Of a stretch of DNA of 64,000 bases, positions 59,363 to 64,000 are shown one piece after another; the stretch's first letter is position 1, and each line of letters starts with the position of its first letter. Where the stretch lies: assembly GCA_964016885.1 (NCBI GenBank), contig OZ024742.1:72850001-72914000 (forward strand), read 5' to 3'. The DNA is from Eledone cirrhosa (Eukaryota). The notes under the pieces were generated by a model. That model searched no databases. It was not told where the DNA came from and saw only the letters and a program-made list of their open reading frames with translations. A program made the translations under genes and the position numbers.

Positions 59363-60255
59363 ATCATCATCATCATCATCGATTAACGTCTATCTTCCAT
59401 GCTAGCATGGGTTAGACGGCTTTGTCCCATTTAGAGGCAAGTTGGGTCGGGTGACCGTGTCTTGCTCATAAAGGAGAGTTTCTGGCTGGTTTCCTACAGC
59501 TGGATACCCTTCCTAATGCCAACCACATTGACAGTGTGTGCTGGGTGCTTTTTGCTGTGTCTTTTACATGTCCACTTTACAGTGTGGGCTGGGTGCTTTT
59601 TGTCGTGACACCTACACGATCACTTTACAGTGTGGGTTGGATGTTTTGTATAATATACATATATATACATGCACATATCATACATATACATACACACTTC
59701 ATATATATAGACACATAAATATATCATCGACCTGGTCGATTAGCGTCCATCATTCATGGGTAGGACGGATTGACCTTTGTTTAGCTCATTCAGGGCAGAG
59801 TTTGGCTTGGTTTCTACAGTGTGTGCTGGGTGCTTTTTGTGCTTTTTGTTGTCACCTCCACGACCACATTACAGTGTGGACTGTGCACTTTTTATCGTAA
59901 CACCTACATGACCACTTTACAGTGTGGACTGGGCACCTTTCTCATGTCACCGACACGACCACTTTACAGTGGGTCCTGAGCACTTTTGTCTTGGGACTAG
60001 GGAGGGAGGAGGAAGCTTGGGGAAAAATGAGACAGGGTAGTAGGGGAAGTATGGTTACCAGTAAGGGGGGTGAATGAGAGGGGATAGAAGGTTGAGGAAG
60101 GTGTTGCCTACTAGGTATAAGCCTCATCTTGAGAATAATAGAAAGCGGGTCATCTGTAAAACTGCATAGTGCCAGAGGTCACGGTCCTCTGTCATTGCCT
60201 TTCAGAAATGTAACTGTGTAAGGTCAGCTTTTATTTCCTCATCCCAAGTCTTTTG
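59363..60255 (-). mobile_element. RTE 3' ends (ORF terminus about 60140-60255 plus cassette repeats), two nested or tandem tails
   Basis: [32 protein letters not shown] followed by AAAAAGCACCCAG/CTGTAAAGTGG repeats and (GAT)n. Confidence 0.8.
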
Positions 60256-60424
60256 AAGTAATAAATTTTAAAGGGAGATTCCTTCTGCTGATTTTGTCCA
60301 ATATTTGACCTAAATGCCATTGGATGTTCATGTCCTATTGGTGACTGAGGACTGCACAGCCATATAATACATTAGGTGCTTTTTTCAAATCTCTATTGTT
60401 CTTCCTATATATGTATGTATATTT

Positions 60425-60905
60425 TCTTCTTCTTCTTTGCCTACTTATTCCTGAAAGGGTTGTTGGGGCAGAGTCCTCAAACACTCTCTCCAGTGGGTCC
60501 TGTTAGAAGCAACCATCTCCAACTGATCCGGCTGGATCACCAAGCATGACCAGCCAAGCTCATGGATGTTATCCAACCATGTTGCTGGAGGTCTACCTCT
60601 GGGTCTCCTACCAGTTGGTTTTGCCTGTAAAATCTGTCCAGCGATTCTTTCTTGAGACATTCTAACCACATGCCCATAGTATCTCAATGCGGAGAAGTAG
60701 TGGCTCTACTTGGAGTGACTCTCTGATCTTTGAGCTACGCACTTTATCAAGTATCGCTACTCCAAAGACTCTTCGGAGGAATCCATTTCAGCCACTTGTA
60801 TTTGCGATCGTATTCTTTCAGTCATTACTCAAGATTCAAGACCATAGGTAAGGGTTGGCACATAAAACAAATAACATGTTTGCTAGTTTGGCTTTTACAC
60901 TTACC
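60425..60905 (-). mobile_element. Second Rex3/Expander-like RTE 3' fragment
   Basis: RYYGHVVRMSQERIAGQILQAKPTGRRPRGRP; homologous to 58670-59165. Confidence 0.75.
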
Positions 60906-61854
60906 TCCCTATATATATTAATAATATAGGGCAGTTGATTTAGCATAGTCATTTGAACATTGGATATCTGTTTCTGGTCTCTGCATTCTGAGTTCAAATT
61001 CTGATGAAGTTCACTTTACCTTTCATCTTTTGAGGGTGATAGAGGAAGAACCAGCTCATTGCTTGTGCAGTCCCTTCCCTTTCCTGCTGTCATATCCTGC
61101 AAGAAGGCATTGGTGTCTCATCATGATTGCATGGGTATCTAAGACCTTTAGCAAAAGCATGGTACATACTACCAAGTTATATTTAACAGCAAGTGACTAC
61201 TGTGGTTTTTATTAAGTATATATTTTACTGAAGAACCTGGTATGTACTAGTCAAGAGAGAAAGTCAGGAGTTAAGAGGTACTAGCTGCCTCTTAAATTGG
61301 CTACAGTAGTAGCAGACATAAAACAAAGATACAGGACTTTACAATGAGCTGCGACAGTAGCAGACATAAGATTAATACAGAGCTTTAGATTTAAATTATA
61401 TATAATATATATAAAGTTAAAAAAATACCAGTAAAAAAAAAGAAATTATTTTGATAATTCTTTGATTAAAACATTCTGAATTTATAATCTGGTGTTATAA
61501 TTAAATGAACCTAGTAAACTCTGTAAACTGGTTAGTATTCAAAAGGACATCTAGCCACAGAAATCATGTAAAAATGGAAAATATAAATGAGATGTACTTG
61601 CCCAACCCATCTAGTATCAAACTGTAACAACCCAACCAACATGGAAAACAAATGAAGATGATGATAATGATAACAACAGGTAAGGTATATATCTACAATG
61701 TGTTATATATATTATTAGTTTAAGAAAAACTGGTATATACTGGGCAGTAGTCTACAAAATTTGGTTGACAATAAAGACAACATATTTTAAGGAAAATTAG
61801 AAAATTCACAAAAAATATAAGAATATTTAAATGAGGTCAGCAGGCTGTCACAAT

Positions 61855-62318
61855 CATAATGAAAATAATTGTGTATAGTTCTCAGATACACTACAACTCA
61901 TCAAAAGTACATGTATATTACATAGAATAATGTACAAAAGCCAGGAAAGTGAACAGTGTGTGTGTGCGTGCATGTGTATGGGGGGGGATATCAGGTGTAG
62001 TGTTGACGAATTTCGGGAAGCATGGAAGTTTTGAAGGATGCAGTGTCCCAACAGCTACCAACTGATGCAGGCAGTTTGTTTCATGCTTCAGCAACTCTGA
62101 GCGTGAAAAAATGTTTCCAAAAGTCATGGGAACTGTACTGTTTTCTGATTTTATAAGCATGTCCATGGGTGTTAGACACATGGAATTCAAAAAGGTGCCT
62201 AGGATTGTTGTTGGAAAAATGGTTAATAATCGTGTGGGTGTCTACCAAGTCAGTTGCCAGACATCAGAGCTTTAATTTATCCATAACCAGGGAAGCAAGG
62301 CGTTCAGAGTATGGTGTT
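61855..62318 (-). mobile_element. CR1 3' fragment, same family as 14401-18685
   Basis: Aligns to about 14540-15005 (CATGCTTCAGCAACTCTGAGCGTGAAAAAATGT). Confidence 0.9.
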
Positions 62319-62632
62319 CTAGAAGTTTCTATATTGAAATACCAGTATCTATGTAGTACTGAGGATAATTTAATAACTTAATCAACCATAAATCTGGAGC
62401 TGGAGTCTCTAATGCAGTTCAACATAGTCTTTAATTTTAGTTAGGCAAAACTCCTGTGATGACATGAAGCTACATAGCGTTTTCTTTTTCTCTAGTAGTG
62501 TGGAGAAGAGAGACTTGTTGCTTGTACAACTGCTAGTCTTCCATATAGCATTTCCCAGGCCTTTGCACTGGAGTGGACATTCCAGTATTGCATCAACATA
62601 TTCTACAACTCAGATTGAAGCATGACATTTCA

Positions 62633-62806
62633 CAGTCCACCTAGCTGTCAGAAGGGACAACAGTGTGAGCCCAGTCCACCTAGCTGTATCAAAGTCACTT
62701 AACAGTCAACAGCCCAGTCCACCTAGCTGTAAGTAGGGACCACAGTGTGGTACAGTTCACTATACTGTATCAATGACCAAGTCATTTAACTGTCAACAGC
62801 CCAGTC
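62633..62806. repeat. Short tandem repeat with A/B alternating spacers
   Basis: CAGTCCACCTAGCTGT x3 plus 1 degenerate copy; spacers 1 and 3 are homologous, as are 2 and 4. Confidence 0.8.
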
Positions 62807-63140
62807 TTTAACTCTGAGTTCAGAGCCATATCTATTCTGTTATAATATTTCTAAATGTTAGTTAAGAGACCAACATATCTTTTTCATAAGATCCTTGTAA
62901 ATGTGTGTGTATTAGTATGCATATGTGAATGATTATGCGTGTGTGTGCTCGCCGGCGCATTTATTTGTGTGGGAAGCATAGTTTTGTTGTTGTTTTTGTT
63001 GTCATTACCACTATGAAATGTTATTAATTTTGTGGGGTGTGGTAACTGACTAGCTAATAGATATAACCTGATTCTTTGTTGGGAGAATGCTATTTAAAGC
63101 CATTAACATACATATATGTATGAACTGACACACACACACA

Positions 63141-63191
<51 letters not shown>

Positions 63192-63351
63192 TACATACAT
63201 CTCTCTCCATCATCATCATTTCATCATCATCGTTTAACGTCTATCTTCCATATATATATATATATATATATATAATGAAGGTGTTGTGGTAAGAAACCAG
63301 ATGGACCATAACGCACCAGAGTACTTAATACTTAGGGTAGTAGAGTGGGTA

Positions 63352-63462
63352 ATAGGAAAATGTTTGACTCCGACGGCTGAGCTCAAGCTGTTTTGACGGC
63401 TATTTCAGTCCAGAAATAGCTGACGAAACGGCTTGAGCTCTGCCGTCGGGATCAAACATTTT

Positions 63463-63467
<5 letters not shown>
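63352..63467. other. 116-nt fold-back: 55-bp stem, 6-nt loop AGTCCA
   Basis: Hand pairing on the plus strand: 48 Watson-Crick pairs, 4 G-U, 3 mismatches, no bulges. Confidence 0.92.
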
Positions 63468-63495
<28 letters not shown>

Positions 63496-63766
63496 TCAGA
63501 CCGGGTGATGTGTTGTTTCCTTAAGCAAGACACTTTATTTCACATTGCTCCAGTTTACTCCAGTTTTGTAGAAATGAGATGATAGGGACTGGGGTCTCTA
63601 TCATTCCACTGCAAAGTGGTCGTGGAGGTGCCACGGCAAAAAAGCACCCAGCACTCACTGTAAATGAGGTTGGTGTTAGGAAGGGCATCCAGCTGTAGAA
63701 ATCAAGTCAGAATCAGTTCCCGTCCCACCCTTGCAAGCAGGGAAAAGCGGACGTAAAATGATATAT

Positions 63767-63802
<36 letters not shown>

Positions 63803-63859
63803 CAAAATATTAATTAATGAAAAATATTCTCATAATCAAAATATATATTTTATTATACA

Positions 63860-64000
63860 CTATCAGTAGTACCCGGCGTTGCACGGGATAAGGCATTGTG
63901 AAATATATAACCGCCTTAGCTAAGCTTAGTATTGCCACAACCACGGGTGGCAAAGAAGTAAGGGTCTGTGGCTTAAAACGTGAGGAAGAAGTTGTGTGCA
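63860..64000 (-). mobile_element. Helitron-like 3' end (element runs off the right edge)
   Basis: Minus strand reads CCCGTGCAACGCCGGG hairpin (63872-63887), then TACTACTGATAG|T, a degenerate CTAG end. Confidence 0.55.

Noticed and set aside
62633-62806. CRISPR array
   Set aside because: The repeat is only 16 bp and the spacers are pairwise homologous

Overview
This is AT-rich, repeat-dense eukaryotic genomic DNA. The SINE/RTE repertoire and the (CAT)n/(AAT)n/(TA)n microsatellites point to an octopod cephalopod (inference). One host gene is visible, mostly missed by the ORF track: a minus-strand DUF389-type membrane protein whose first 8 coding exons (52041 down to 372; 1174 nt, all GT-AG, all phase-compatible) could be assembled by eye. 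It continues beyond the left edge. The rest is nested transposon debris: several RTE LINE subfamilies (two near full length), a near full-length CR1 with a PHD/polyQ ORF1 nested in an RTE, Tx1-, R4/Dong-, CRE- and Rex3-like LINE relics, Penelope-like pieces with hammerhead ribozymes, a non-autonomous tRNA-Trp-primed LTR element, a solo LTR, a DD34D mariner, a DD37D maT, MITEs, Helitron-like ends and more than 20 tRNA-SINEs. The most interesting signals are RNA-structural: (i) inverted Penelope-type repeats carrying type I hammerheads, with the host-sense copy core-mutated; (ii) a repeated H-type pseudoknot plus hairpin module with some covariation, found in the 5' UTR of one RTE family and in the 3' UTR of others; (iii) long fold-back hairpins that could be ADAR/Dicer substrates. 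Exon, TIR, TSD and ribozyme coordinates were counted base by base. Boundaries of degraded repeats are approximate.
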